In this document: positions 36,582-46,152 of the stretch, piece after piece
How the letters are laid out: every line of letters begins with the position of its first letter
How positions within the stretch are numbered: the first letter of the stretch is position 1
From: a virus
Lineage: Duplodnaviria > Heunggongvirae > Uroviricota > Caudoviricetes
IMG/VR virus record: IMGVR_UViG_3300033273_000374
Location: 1 to 64,000 of that record
Strand: one strand, 5' to 3'
DNA length: 64,000 nucleotides
Translations under genes and position numbers: made by a program
Notes under the pieces: model-generated
Database searches by the model: none
Told to the model about the DNA's origin: nothing
The model's input: the letters and a program-made list of their open reading frames with translations, nothing else

Positions 36582-39216
36582 ATGTGTTTGTGGTGTTTGT
36601 GTTTGCTTTAAGATCCCATTCTAGCACACCCAACAAGTTGCTGATCTTTTGATCAACAATTGTTTCCTCCATTAGTGCATCATCAAATGGCAGTTCTTTA
36701 AACCAATCTGGCAAGTGTGTAGCATCTGTTGGATATCCAATTGAGGTCCATCCTAGAGGGTTTGACTTGAGTTTACACACAATGGTTTTCATGCCATCAA
36801 TGATAGGTTCGCTGTATTTGTCGCTGTTCATGCGCTTGAGTGTGTTCCAGTTCATACCTGCTCTCACATGTCCTGGCATGTTTGCTTTGCCTTCGCGTTC
36901 TTCACGCTTGGTATACATGGTTAGGTTGTTTACACGTTTGGGCGTGCCTTTTTCCCAACCTGGACGTTCATGAAATTCTATCTTAAACTCTTTGATGCGT
37001 TCAATCACATGTTCAGGACCTGATCCTGTTAGTACATCTAACAACAATGAACTCATAAAGTCTTGCATCACTTTTGGTGTGTCACTGCGCTTTAAGTCCA
37101 AACCCATTGCTTTTACTTTTCCGGGTTTGCCATCTGTGTCTGTGCGGAATCCTTCTGTGTCAATCACTAGACACGCATAGCGTTTCTTTGTGATGTACAG
37201 TCCTTTGGTAGCAACAATCTCTCTAGCACTGGCAATGATCTCACCTAAGTGCCTTGGACAGTGATGCGCACGTTCCATGAATGCAGGATAAGTTTCGTTG
37301 ACTGCTTCGCCCAGTTGATCATACAGTGCAATGCATTCATCCTTGCCCCATTTCATTTTGCCGCTTTCAACTTGATCTTTGATCACAGGCCATGCACTAA
37401 AATACACACTGTCTGTATCACCATAGATTACACACTTGCCCACATGATCATATTCTTCTGTGAGAAGTTCGTTGCACTTGGCACTCATGTGCTTGGCAAT
37501 GCTTCGTCCTGTTAGTGTGGTTGATTGCCCAATACGTTTGTCAAAGAATCTACAACCAGGATTAAGAATAGCACCATACAAACTGTTCAAGTTAATCTTC
37601 TTAACCAGCTGTCGTTTATCCCAGTATACAAATGCATCGTTGTCTACACCTTGTGCTTCTCTGGCATTCTTTTGTAGCACTTTGCGTTCTGCATACCATT
37701 GTTCTAGAAGTCCTGGTATGATACCTTTTTTCTCATATGTAAAGATTGTACCGTTTGCACTCAGTGTCCATGGCTGGTTACTGTCAAACACCAGTCGCCA
37801 AACATCATATGCACTGCACACATCCTCGCCACCGCTTTCCCAATCGATTGTGATCTCTGTGCCGCGTTCCATGTTCATAACAGCAAGGTATTCTTTTGAA
37901 CCAAACTGTCCCTCCCATGCATCAGCAAATGATTTCTTTTGATCCATTAGTTGACGTATGCTGTTCTCAGTCATTGTAGGTCGTAGTTGTCCTACAACAG
38001 TTTCTGGACCCATGTTCAGCGCACGAATCACACTAGGATACAGACTGTTCAAGTCCATTGAACCAATCCAGTCGTGCAGTCCTTTTTTAGGATACGCAAC
38101 ATACGCACCTGCAGCCGCAGTGTCACCTTCGTGCTGTTTTCTGTTTGGAACAATCATGCCTTGTTCATGTGCAAAGTTTATGATTGCTTGTTCGGTGAGT
38201 GCAACTGCGCCCATGGTTGTAGGCAGTAGCACAGTGTTTTCATGTGCTAACACATTAGCCAAGTCAATAAACTTTAGTTTCTCATCTAACTTGTGTAGCA
38301 GTAGTGTGTCTTGTCTGTTGTAGTCTATAAACTTTTCAAAGTCTTGATTGTACAGTTGATCCAGTGTGCCTTCGTATGCTACTTTACGTTCACCAAGTTC
38401 ATGCTCGCCTATGGCATCCAAACTGTAACTGTGACGCTCTTCATATGTGTACTTGCGATACAGTTGCATATAATCTAAATGCTGACGTCCACACAAATCA
38501 AACGTGATGTTTTCTGCACCAAAACGTTCAAATGTGCGTTTGCGTGGAGTCTGTCCAAACAAACAAAATTTACGTGTATCGTCTTTGCTGAGAACTCTTG
38601 TTACACGATTAACAGTGTAAGGAATATCATATCCTTCACTGTTCCAACCACTGAGTATGTCTGCATCCTCAATGATGTCCAAGAACACTTTGAGCATTTC
38701 TGCTTCACTGTCAAACAGGTATGTGTTGTCAAATTTTGAACACAGTTCTTTGGCAGTTTCCATAGTCATACCACTGGGAGGTATTGCAAGTGTTACCAGT
38801 TGATCTACCCAGTCCATGTACAAACTGATTGCTGTGATTGCATTAAATGGATCGTCTGTTGGCGAATATCCTCTGATCTTGTCAAAGTCAACTTCAATAT
38901 CAAAGAACACTGTTTGCAGCACAGGTGCTTCTGCACCCATGTAGTTTTCAGCAAGACAACGGAATACAGGATTGATATCACTTTCCCAGAGTCCGCTTTT
39001 GCCTTGTAACTTTAGTTCTTTTTGAAACTCTTTGCCGTTACGTGTGCTGAATCTACTTACAGGATTTCCATATATGGTTTTGAACTTGCCACGTGGATCG
39101 TCATAGTAGAACACATAGTTTGCAGGATATTCACGATACTCGCGCCGACCTTTTACACGTTCTACAACATGTATTCTGTCGTTGTCTCTGTCAAACCATG
39201 CATCTACATAACTCAT
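36556..39216 (-). CDS. family B DNA polymerase, T4 gp43-like
   Basis: Exo I FDIEV, Pol motif A DxxSLYPS, motif C YGDTDS. 886 aa. Confidence 0.92.
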   Translation of the reverse strand: MSYVDAWFDRDNDRIHVVERVKGRREYREYPANYVFYYDDPRGKFKTIYGNPVSRFSTRNGKEFQKELKLQGKSGLWESDINPVFRCLAENYMGAEAPVLQTVFFDIEVDFDKIRGYSPTDDPFNAITAISLYMDWVDQLVTLAIPPSGMTMETAKELCSKFDNTYLFDSEAEMLKVFLDIIEDADILSGWNSEGYDIPYTVNRVTRVLSKDDTRKFCLFGQTPRKRTFERFGAENITFDLCGRQHLDYMQLYRKYTYEERHSYSLDAIGEHELGERKVAYEGTLDQLYNQDFEKFIDYNRQDTLLLHKLDEKLKFIDLANVLAHENTVLLPTTMGAVALTEQAIINFAHEQGMIVPNRKQHEGDTAAAGAYVAYPKKGLHDWIGSMDLNSLYPSVIRALNMGPETVVGQLRPTMTENSIRQLMDQKKSFADAWEGQFGSKEYLAVMNMERGTEITIDWESGGEDVCSAYDVWRLVFDSNQPWTLSANGTIFTYEKKGIIPGLLEQWYAERKVLQKNAREAQGVDNDAFVYWDKRQLVKKINLNSLYGAILNPGCRFFDKRIGQSTTLTGRSIAKHMSAKCNELLTEEYDHVGKCVIYGDTDSVYFSAWPVIKDQVESGKMKWGKDECIALYDQLGEAVNETYPAFMERAHHCPRHLGEIIASAREIVATKGLYITKKRYACLVIDTEGFRTDTDGKPGKVKAMGLDLKRSDTPKVMQDFMSSLLLDVLTGSGPEHVIERIKEFKIEFHERPGWEKGTPKRVNNLTMYTKREEREGKANMPGHVRAGMNWNTLKRMNSDKYSEPIIDGMKTIVCKLKSNPLGWTSIGYPTDATHLPDWFKELPFDDALMEETIVDQKISNLLGVLEWDLKANTNTTNTFDTLFSFE

Positions 39217-39506
39217 TGAAATAGTCCTATTATGTATATTAATGTTAACAGAATGTTAGTCCAAAGTAAACTACTTTCTCGCCATAGAAATGCAACACTT
39301 ATCCATAGACCATTTGCAACTATAAATGCCCAATGATGCCAATGCCATTCTGGTACAAAACTTGCTAGGCAGGCAGCACCAACAAGTGCTACTGTTGCTA
39401 ACCAAGCAAACCATTGATAGGGTTTTTTGACTACCACCACTGTGCTGCTACTCCATAACCAAATACATTTATGCAAGCAAAGTATGACGTGAGAAGCATG
39501 ATCCAT
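39213..39506 (-). CDS. hypothetical Trp-rich membrane protein (97 aa); overlaps the next ORF by 76 nt
   Basis: ORF track. Possibly the 3' part of a frameshifted membrane-protein gene. Confidence 0.3.
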   Translation of the reverse strand: MDHASHVILCLHKCIWLWSSSTVVVVKKPYQWFAWLATVALVGAACLASFVPEWHWHHWAFIVANGLWISVAFLWRESSLLWTNILLTLIYIIGLFQ

Positions 39507-39712
39507 GCAGCTCCTCTACGCCAACTTGCATACATTTGGGTTATACTTCCGATAAAAAACCCTGGATAAACAATCAACATGTTAGGATTGTCTGCATTTA
39601 TGGCCAATGTGAGACTAGCACCTACAGTGAACACAAAACTAACAAGTTCAAATACAAACGCTATTCTATCACTGGTATAACTGTTTATCCAGAATTGTTT
39701 TACTGAAGACAT
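39431..39712 (-). CDS. hypothetical membrane protein (93 aa)
   Basis: ORF track. Confidence 0.35.
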   Translation of the reverse strand: MSSVKQFWINSYTSDRIAFVFELVSFVFTVGASLTLAINADNPNMLIVYPGFFIGSITQMYASWRRGAAWIMLLTSYFACINVFGYGVAAQWW

Positions 39713-39967
39713 TTAGATTTTGCCAACTGTGCTCAGAATGTTTTCCAATACAGCATAGTCATCTGATGTGCGTTCAAAGTCTGCTTTGTATGCTGTGCGC
39801 ACTGCTTTCTTAAGCACTGCAGGTTTGATTTGCATTTCTTCCGCAATGGCTTTGATTGTGTCGTTGAGTCCTTCGTTTAAGTCATCCACTTCTTGCATCA
39901 CTGTAAGGCCTTCATTGACCAATTGAGTGAGTTTCGCTTTTTCCTCACTGTTGAATACACGATCCAT
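39713..39967 (-). CDS. hypothetical small acidic protein (84 aa)
   Basis: ATG at 39967 with AAAGGAG SD and its own promoter. Confidence 0.5.
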   Translation of the reverse strand: MDRVFNSEEKAKLTQLVNEGLTVMQEVDDLNEGLNDTIKAIAEEMQIKPAVLKKAVRTAYKADFERTSDDYAVLENILSTVGKI

Positions 39968-39993
39968 GTGTGTCTCCTTTTTAATATAGTGCT

Positions 39994-40022
39994 ATTGTAT
40001 ATGGGTTGTAGATTTTTGTCAA
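39994..40022 (-). promoter_or_regulatory. sigma70-like promoter TTGACA-N17-TACAAT
   Basis: -35 at 40017-40022, -10 at 39994-39999. Confidence 0.55.
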
Positions 40023-40024
40023 GC

Positions 40025-40300
40025 CTAAAGATGTTGTATAATTTCAACTTTTAGATCACTGCTACCTTTTATTAGTCTGTGATAAACATGTTTAGGAATA
40101 AAGTATTCTTTGCCTGGTACCAGTGACATAGGCAAACGATTGTCTAATTGTAGACGCCAGCCTGCACCTTCAAGCACTTGTACTGTACGATCTTCAGCAT
40201 CACGATGCCAGCAAAGTTCACTTTCGTCTGCGTCTTTGTTAAATGTTCTATGCTTGATATTAGGTGCGACAGATGTTTCTTGGTAGGGTCTTACCACCAT
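40025..40300 (-). CDS. hypothetical protein (91 aa)
   Basis: ORF track. Confidence 0.45.
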   Translation of the reverse strand: MVVRPYQETSVAPNIKHRTFNKDADESELCWHRDAEDRTVQVLEGAGWRLQLDNRLPMSLVPGKEYFIPKHVYHRLIKGSSDLKVEIIQHL

Positions 40301-41181
40301 TGTCCGCCTTTAACTCCTAGACTTTTGTAACGTGGTGTACGACACGCCCAATAGCCTGCTTTGGTTTTGTCTTTTTTGTTTTTGCAATCATGACGTGCTA
40401 CAAAACTTTTAACTGCACCAGGGTTGTTTGCTTTGGTTTTAAGACCAGTTGTGTCACCCCAAGACACTTTGATTACATTGCCTTTTTTGTTTTTGGTGTA
40501 CACATAATACTTTTTAGGTCCACCGCGCTTGGGTGAGTTTAGTTTTACCTTTTTGCCCTGATACTCTGCTTCGTCAACAACTTGTTCGCCAAGTCCACGT
40601 TTTCTCTTATTGACATAGTAGTTACTACCTTTGCCATATCCATGACGCCATGCTATGGAACGTAATTCATCATCTGGAATGTCCTTGAACTTTGAAGCAA
40701 ACTCTTCGTCACTCATTTCAGCATTGCGTTGCTTGCTTTTAATAACAATAGATGGCATTCCACCTTCAACCAGTCCCATTTCTTTTGCAATTTTGTAACG
40801 CAATTGGTCAGCATCGCCTGGTGACATTTTAGCACTGCCTCTGCGACGTGCTTCGTTATCAATTTTACTTGCGTTTGCTCTGCCTAATTTTTCAAGGTCA
40901 CCAAAGCCTAGTCTACCTTCTGTAAGGTCTTCAATAGGAACATCCAATGGCACTATTTCGCCATCTATCTCGACACATTCGCCAATGTCTGTGTCTAGCA
41001 TTTCTCTGTCAAACCAATCCATGTCAATGTCTTCACGCATTTCACGCACTGCTCTATAGAACATTGTAAATGCTTCACTGCCTGGACGAAACATACATTC
41101 TGTGAAAGGAACACCACGTTTGATGTGTTCTGCAATTGCGTTGTCTACTACTTCACTGATGTTAAATTCACTAAGTCTCAT
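40291..41181 (-). CDS. hypothetical protein (296 aa), Lys/Gly-rich C-terminal half
   Basis: ORF track. Confidence 0.5.
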   Translation of the reverse strand: MRLSEFNISEVVDNAIAEHIKRGVPFTECMFRPGSEAFTMFYRAVREMREDIDMDWFDREMLDTDIGECVEIDGEIVPLDVPIEDLTEGRLGFGDLEKLGRANASKIDNEARRRGSAKMSPGDADQLRYKIAKEMGLVEGGMPSIVIKSKQRNAEMSDEEFASKFKDIPDDELRSIAWRHGYGKGSNYYVNKRKRGLGEQVVDEAEYQGKKVKLNSPKRGGPKKYYVYTKNKKGNVIKVSWGDTTGLKTKANNPGAVKSFVARHDCKNKKDKTKAGYWACRTPRYKSLGVKGGQWW

Positions 41182-41858
41182 TGGTTTGCTCCTATAGTGT
41201 ATTTATTTGTATTATCACTCTCTTCGTCCTTTGTTTTATATGCCCATTCATCAGTGTGTCCTACACTCCATTTAGGAGTATTTTCAACTGTGTAGTTTTG
41301 AGTGCATACTTTAAAGTCAGGTAGTTTACGTTCGGGATGAACAAGGCTTTGGTCTGTAAATATTACTCTATTATTAGGTTGTGCTGCAAATTGACCGTTT
41401 TCTAATTTAATAAAGTTAAATGATTTATGTTCTGGATCGTGTTCTGAGAAGTTTGTATTTAATGTACTGTTATCTCTATGACAAGTATCTAGCGTGAACA
41501 TGTATTCGCCTTTGTGCATATTTTTATCTTTGCCAAAGAATTCACAATCACTTAATATTGGCTTTTTAATTATGGTAATATCATAATCAAAGCAATCCCA
41601 TATTTGTAAATGATCTAATGGTAATTGATTATCCTTATCATAATCTTCTTTCCATACAAATGCACTTAATGGTAATTTATCATACAATGCACCATATTCA
41701 GTTAACAGTGTTTCGATGTATAATGCTTTTGATTGTATGCTTCTAATTGAGATCCAAATACCAGGAGTAAGTTCCCCGTGACCTTTTTGATGGTCATAAA
41801 GATATTCTTTCTTTACATAAACTTCAACGGGTGGTAGATTATGAACTAGAAATGCCAT
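41178..41858 (-). CDS. hypothetical protein (226 aa); its 5' 234 bp are duplicated at 43222-43455
   Basis: ORF track plus the repeat comparison. Confidence 0.55.
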   Translation of the reverse strand: MAFLVHNLPPVEVYVKKEYLYDHQKGHGELTPGIWISIRSIQSKALYIETLLTEYGALYDKLPLSAFVWKEDYDKDNQLPLDHLQIWDCFDYDITIIKKPILSDCEFFGKDKNMHKGEYMFTLDTCHRDNSTLNTNFSEHDPEHKSFNFIKLENGQFAAQPNNRVIFTDQSLVHPERKLPDFKVCTQNYTVENTPKWSVGHTDEWAYKTKDEESDNTNKYTIGANQ

Positions 41859-41881
41859 ACTGCTCCTTGTTAATTATAGTA

Positions 41882-41915
41882 GTATTTATTAAAACCTAGT
41901 AGATATTGTAGGTTT
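41882..41915 (-). terminator. rho-independent terminator after the LamG-like gene (stem AAACCTA/TAGGTTT, 10-nt loop, then UUUUAAUAAAU on the minus transcript)
   Basis: Read directly from the sequence. Confidence 0.45.
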
Positions 41916-42029
41916 CGTTTTCAACGAGTAGGATGTCAAAGTTAGCACCGAACTTGTGTACAAAGGTATGATCGCTGATGTATCCGCCAGCAACCATCAT
42001 AGGTAAGTGTTAGTGTTTTCTATTAGCCA

Positions 42030-43211
42030 TTATACTTGTGTCAATCCATATCTTGCGGCAAAACTATTGTGTAGGCTTGCCATTTCGTCTGCTGTAAGTG
42101 CTCTACGGAATATCAACACCACGCCCATAGCGCCTGTTGAATCACCATCAGATGCCCAGTTTGATTTACCAATGTAGTTTGAGTTTCTGCTCACATTGGT
42201 AGGAACTTCTGTGTAGCCTGTTTCAGTACCTTCTAACTCGCCATTCACATACAATCTACCATCTGTGCCGTTGATGCTAACACCATAACTGGCAAAAGTT
42301 GAGTTTTGAATAGCACTGGCAACTTCAACAAATGTGCCTGGTGTTGATCCATTGTATAGTTGATAAAAGAAAGTATCAGTTGAACTTTTGCGTCCTACAA
42401 TAATATTGTCGTCTGCTTGTCCTTGCCCCAAGTCAATAATGCGTTCGTAATGTGATGCTGTGCCAAAGTTCCAAATAGCAAATAAGCCAAAGCCACTGGC
42501 AAAACTATTAGAGAAGCCTGTGGGCAGTGTTGCGTGGTCGCCACCGGCAAGTGTGAAGTTGGCATCTGCTCCACTATTCCAAGTAGGTGATCCAACCAGT
42601 GTGGCATCAAAGTTGTTGCCGCTCAAGTCACTCCAAGTCGAACCTGTGCCTGGATAACTCGCAGTTGATCCTGCGTCAAGATACACAAACGCATCATCCA
42701 ATATGCTGTCAGCAATGCTAACACTGGCACCCAAGAAAGGACGCCCTGGAACAAGACTGCCTGTGTTTTCATCGTCATCTGCGTTATAGTCATTACCTTC
42801 GTATGGATTTGCCAATAGTGTCTTGTCGTAGGTATTGCCTTGTCTGTAATAGTTGGCTGTAGTATCCCCTGCGGCTAAACCTGATCGCTTGGCTTCTGCG
42901 ATTGCCATCTTTTGATCTGCTCTTACTTCTTTGGTATTAGTAGCAGGATTGCGTCTTGGACGGCATATGATTTTATCACCTGTTGTGATACCGTTGGCGG
43001 CAAAGGTAGTGGTATCTCCTCCGCCACTGTTCTTGCTTGGATCTCTTTCAAGTGTGAGTTGTCCATACATTGATGTAGTAAGATCGCCGCCGCTGTTTAG
43101 TTCCAGTGCGTGAATGTCTGTGCGAAGATTACTCCAAGTCTCACTGTCATCAATTACGATATCGTGTAGTGTGCCTGTGAGTCCTTTAACTGTTAGAGTA
43201 ATGTTAGCCAT
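42030..43211 (-). CDS. concanavalin A-like lectin/LamG-domain protein (393 aa), candidate virion or host-binding accessory protein
   Basis: Gly/Ser/Thr/Asn-rich beta-sandwich-like sequence with a laminin-G-like C-terminal half (..YVNGELEG..). Own RBS AAGGAA. Confidence 0.45.
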   Translation of the reverse strand: MANITLTVKGLTGTLHDIVIDDSETWSNLRTDIHALELNSGGDLTTSMYGQLTLERDPSKNSGGGDTTTFAANGITTGDKIICRPRRNPATNTKEVRADQKMAIAEAKRSGLAAGDTTANYYRQGNTYDKTLLANPYEGNDYNADDDENTGSLVPGRPFLGASVSIADSILDDAFVYLDAGSTASYPGTGSTWSDLSGNNFDATLVGSPTWNSGADANFTLAGGDHATLPTGFSNSFASGFGLFAIWNFGTASHYERIIDLGQGQADDNIIVGRKSSTDTFFYQLYNGSTPGTFVEVASAIQNSTFASYGVSINGTDGRLYVNGELEGTETGYTEVPTNVSRNSNYIGKSNWASDGDSTGAMGVVLIFRRALTADEMASLHNSFAARYGLTQV

Positions 43212-43221
43212 TGTTTATTCC

Positions 43222-43455
43222 TTAACTATCTTTGTCGTAATCTTCTTTCCATACAAATGCACTTATGGGCAGTTTGTCGTAAAGAGCACCATATTCAGTA
43301 AGAAGTGTTTCTATGTATAATGCTTTAGCTTGTATGCTTCTAATTGAGATCCAAATACCAGGAGTGAGTTCGCCATGGCCTTTCTGATGATCATAAAGAT
43401 ATTCCTTCTTTACATAAACTTCAATTGGTGGTAAATTGTGAACTAAAAAGGCCAT
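43222..43455 (-). pseudogene. truncated 77-codon duplicate of the 5' end of the 41178-41858 gene
   Basis: Roughly 85-90% nt identity to 41625-41858. The reading frame ends exactly where the LamG-like gene RBS begins. Confidence 0.5.
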
Positions 43456-44303
43456 TATTTTGTTTCAACCTTATCCCAATGTGTATAAAAGGGTTGATCT
43501 TCAAATGTAGGGCACATTCTGCATATACTGTGTGGCTTTGCATAGTTGTCTATCCAAGCCTGTATGTCACTGTCGCTGTCTTCTATGCCAACGCCATTGT
43601 AATCCAAGTATGGTTTCCAATCTGGATCATTTATCAGAAAGTGATCACCTAACACCTGTTCTAACAGTGCAACACTGCTACACTTGTATAACCTACCTTT
43701 ATACAACAATGGACAGTAGGTTTGTGAACATTGCTTGTGTGCTTCAACAGGATCATTATCATAGGGCTTCATATCATAATAACTAGTGCCACGCCAAGAA
43801 CGTGTGAATCTATTGCAGCGATCTATTGTAAACACCAATTGATAATCATTGTTGCGATACTGTTCAAAGTCATCTTCTATTTGCACAGGTTCCCATGCAA
43901 CATTATCCATTACATCTTTTATAGCATTGTGTATGTATTCTTCATTGGGCTGATGCACACTAAACTTTAAATGAACACTGCCCATGTCTTTGATAAAATC
44001 TATAAAGTTAGGCCAGCGATGCCACTGTGTTGCGTTGGTTACTAGCATCACACTCTTTTGTAGTTTGACTTGTGTTTCACGCATGAATGTTTTTAGTTCA
44101 GGATTGATCATGGGTTCGCCACCAATGAAACCCATACAGTCTATTTCTATGCGTTCATTCCAAGCATCAAATACAGGTGCAAAGTCTGCATAGCGCAAAC
44201 TGCCCTTCATGTGATAGTCACTGTAGTTGGTACAGTTTTGGCACGCCAATGTGCATGCATTAGAGATCATGGTCTCTAAGTAAGGTAGAAATGGTTTTGT
44301 CAT
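43455..44303 (-). CDS. radical SAM protein of unknown specificity
   Basis: CTLACQNC matches the CxxxCxxC motif near the N-terminus. Additional C-terminal Cys pairs (CPLLYKGRLYKC, CRMCP). Confidence 0.7.
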   Translation of the reverse strand: MTKPFLPYLETMISNACTLACQNCTNYSDYHMKGSLRYADFAPVFDAWNERIEIDCMGFIGGEPMINPELKTFMRETQVKLQKSVMLVTNATQWHRWPNFIDFIKDMGSVHLKFSVHQPNEEYIHNAIKDVMDNVAWEPVQIEDDFEQYRNNDYQLVFTIDRCNRFTRSWRGTSYYDMKPYDNDPVEAHKQCSQTYCPLLYKGRLYKCSSVALLEQVLGDHFLINDPDWKPYLDYNGVGIEDSDSDIQAWIDNYAKPHSICRMCPTFEDQPFYTHWDKVETK

Positions 44304-44305
44304 AC

Positions 44306-44935
44306 TTACTTGTATTTACGAGTTGTGTTTGATACGTTTTTTGCTTTGCCCTTACGATCTTTGTTAGGGTCTTCTCTACGCTTTTTGTTAACTGCAGCCG
44401 CTATAGCCTTCTTGCCACCTTTGGCACGAAGTGCTGCTGCTCTTGCTTTTGATAAACATTTGGGTTTACCCTCGCCGGGCTTTGAATCTCCGCATTTACC
44501 AATGCGTTCGCCTTTGGTGTTGTAACGATCCCAGCCGCCACCTCCGGCTCCGCCTTTTTTGCCTTTGCCGAACCATGCACGGAGATCTTCATTTAGATCT
44601 GTATCGTAGTAGTCTGTTAGTCCTTCGAGCCTATTTGTAACAATGTCGTCAATCATGCTTTGACTTACGTCATTCTCTAGGTCAATACCAACACCATGTT
44701 GTTTTGCTAGTTGTTGTATTTTTGCAGGCGCATTTTTATCATCTTCATCTTTGATAATTGCTGCCATACTGTTATGAACATCAAAGTCTTGCTTGTATAC
44801 AATAATACCAGGTACACTCTTTAATGCATCAAAAAGTGCATCTTGATTCTTTTGTTCGGTTGCATCACAAAAATTAGGATTAACACATACAAATTCTATT
44901 TCATATGCTTCACATATGAGGTCTTTGATACGCAT
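44306..44935 (-). CDS. hypothetical protein with Gly/Lys-rich basic C-terminus (209 aa)
   Basis: ORF track. Confidence 0.5.
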   Translation of the reverse strand: MRIKDLICEAYEIEFVCVNPNFCDATEQKNQDALFDALKSVPGIIVYKQDFDVHNSMAAIIKDEDDKNAPAKIQQLAKQHGVGIDLENDVSQSMIDDIVTNRLEGLTDYYDTDLNEDLRAWFGKGKKGGAGGGGWDRYNTKGERIGKCGDSKPGEGKPKCLSKARAAALRAKGGKKAIAAAVNKKRREDPNKDRKGKAKNVSNTTRKYK

Positions 44936-45126
44936 TATTTTTTACTCTTGTTGCCCCAGTTTTTAGCACCAACTTTGCGACACTGCACTAGTGCGCCACT
45001 GGCATACGCACTGGGCCATACTTTGTAACGGCTTTTTACTTTGTGATAGCAGGCATCTTTCTCACCTGCTGCTTCGTCAAATTCTGCTTCAGTGATTGCC
45101 TTGGTTGTAATTTCCTTGGCTTTCAT
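44935..45126 (-). CDS. hypothetical protein (63 aa)
   Basis: ORF track. Confidence 0.4.
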   Translation of the reverse strand: MKAKEITTKAITEAEFDEAAGEKDACYHKVKSRYKVWPSAYASGALVQCRKVGAKNWGNKSKK

Positions 45127-45129
45127 TGA

Positions 45130-45711
45130 TCAGTCCTCAGTTTGTTCTACTGCAATACCTAGTGCATCACTGTGCGCACGGGTTAATGCTTCACGAGCAA
45201 CATCCAGTGCTTGCTTCATTTCTTCTAGTGCTGTAGCATCGCCACCTGCTTCGTTGATTTTGCGTCCTAACATTCCACCGTCTGCAACCATTGTTTGCAT
45301 GGTTTCAATCAGTTCGCCCATTTTAGTAAATGCACGGTCAGCATACTCATATTCTGCAGTGCCTTCGTCAATCATTGACTTCATTGCATCAATGTCTGAT
45401 CCTGCAGCACGTTCTGCTTTCATAAACTTTGCAAAGCGATTTTGCATTGTTTCTTCAACGTCTATTTCTTCTGATTTTTTACCTTCAAAAATGTTGTCTG
45501 TTTTTACTTCACCAACTGACTTTGGGGTGACTTCAATTGCATCAAGCTCACGTAGTATGTTTGCTGTAGCAACAACATCCGCAGGACGACCATCAACAGC
45601 AGGATCTGCCTGCTCAGATAGGTGTTTGCGTTCTACATGTTCTTCATCACGTGAAATTTCGTGAAGTCTTTGTACCATGCTAAAAAAGTCTGACATTATT
45701 TTCTTCCCCAA
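45130..45711 (-). CDS. hypothetical acidic protein (193 aa)
   Basis: ORF track. Confidence 0.5.
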   Translation of the reverse strand: MGKKIMSDFFSMVQRLHEISRDEEHVERKHLSEQADPAVDGRPADVVATANILRELDAIEVTPKSVGEVKTDNIFEGKKSEEIDVEETMQNRFAKFMKAERAAGSDIDAMKSMIDEGTAEYEYADRAFTKMGELIETMQTMVADGGMLGRKINEAGGDATALEEMKQALDVAREALTRAHSDALGIAVEQTED

Positions 45712-46118
45712 AAGTCAAATGATGTTTGTACTACTGATTCTTTTACTTGTTCTTGGTCTACTTGTTCTACGCTTTCTTCAGGCATATCCATCTGCAAAGG
45801 TTGTGGATCTGCAGGTGCATTTGTTACTGCAAGGGCAAGTTCAGCATTTTTCATTGCTTCACCTTCCATGTAGTGTTTAACACTGCCTAGGTAATCTGCT
45901 GCTTTGGTAATCTTTGCTGCTATCCAACCGTCAATGCCTTCCATTTCACTTACATCTTTTAGCATCTTGTGGATAGCAATTGCGTATGATGCACTTTTGA
46001 AGCAATCTGAACGTGCCATTTGCACTTCATGATCCTTCTCAGCTTCATGCGCCATGTCTCCTAGATGTCCTTCTGAGATTTGGTCCAGTTTTTTAATTGT
46101 ATCGTGAATGTTACTCAT
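45696..46118 (-). CDS. hypothetical protein (140 aa)
   Basis: ORF track. Confidence 0.5.
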   Translation of the reverse strand: MSNIHDTIKKLDQISEGHLGDMAHEAEKDHEVQMARSDCFKSASYAIAIHKMLKDVSEMEGIDGWIAAKITKAADYLGSVKHYMEGEAMKNAELALAVTNAPADPQPLQMDMPEESVEQVDQEQVKESVVQTSFDFWGRK

Positions 46119-46152
46119 GTAAAAGATTCCTCAGCATATAATGTATGTTTAT

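Noticed and set aside
40016-40042. Plus-strand TTGTCA-N15-TATAAT
   Set aside because: It overlaps the better-spaced minus-strand promoter and would drive antisense transcription of 40025-40300. Probably a by-product of AT-rich promoter sequence.
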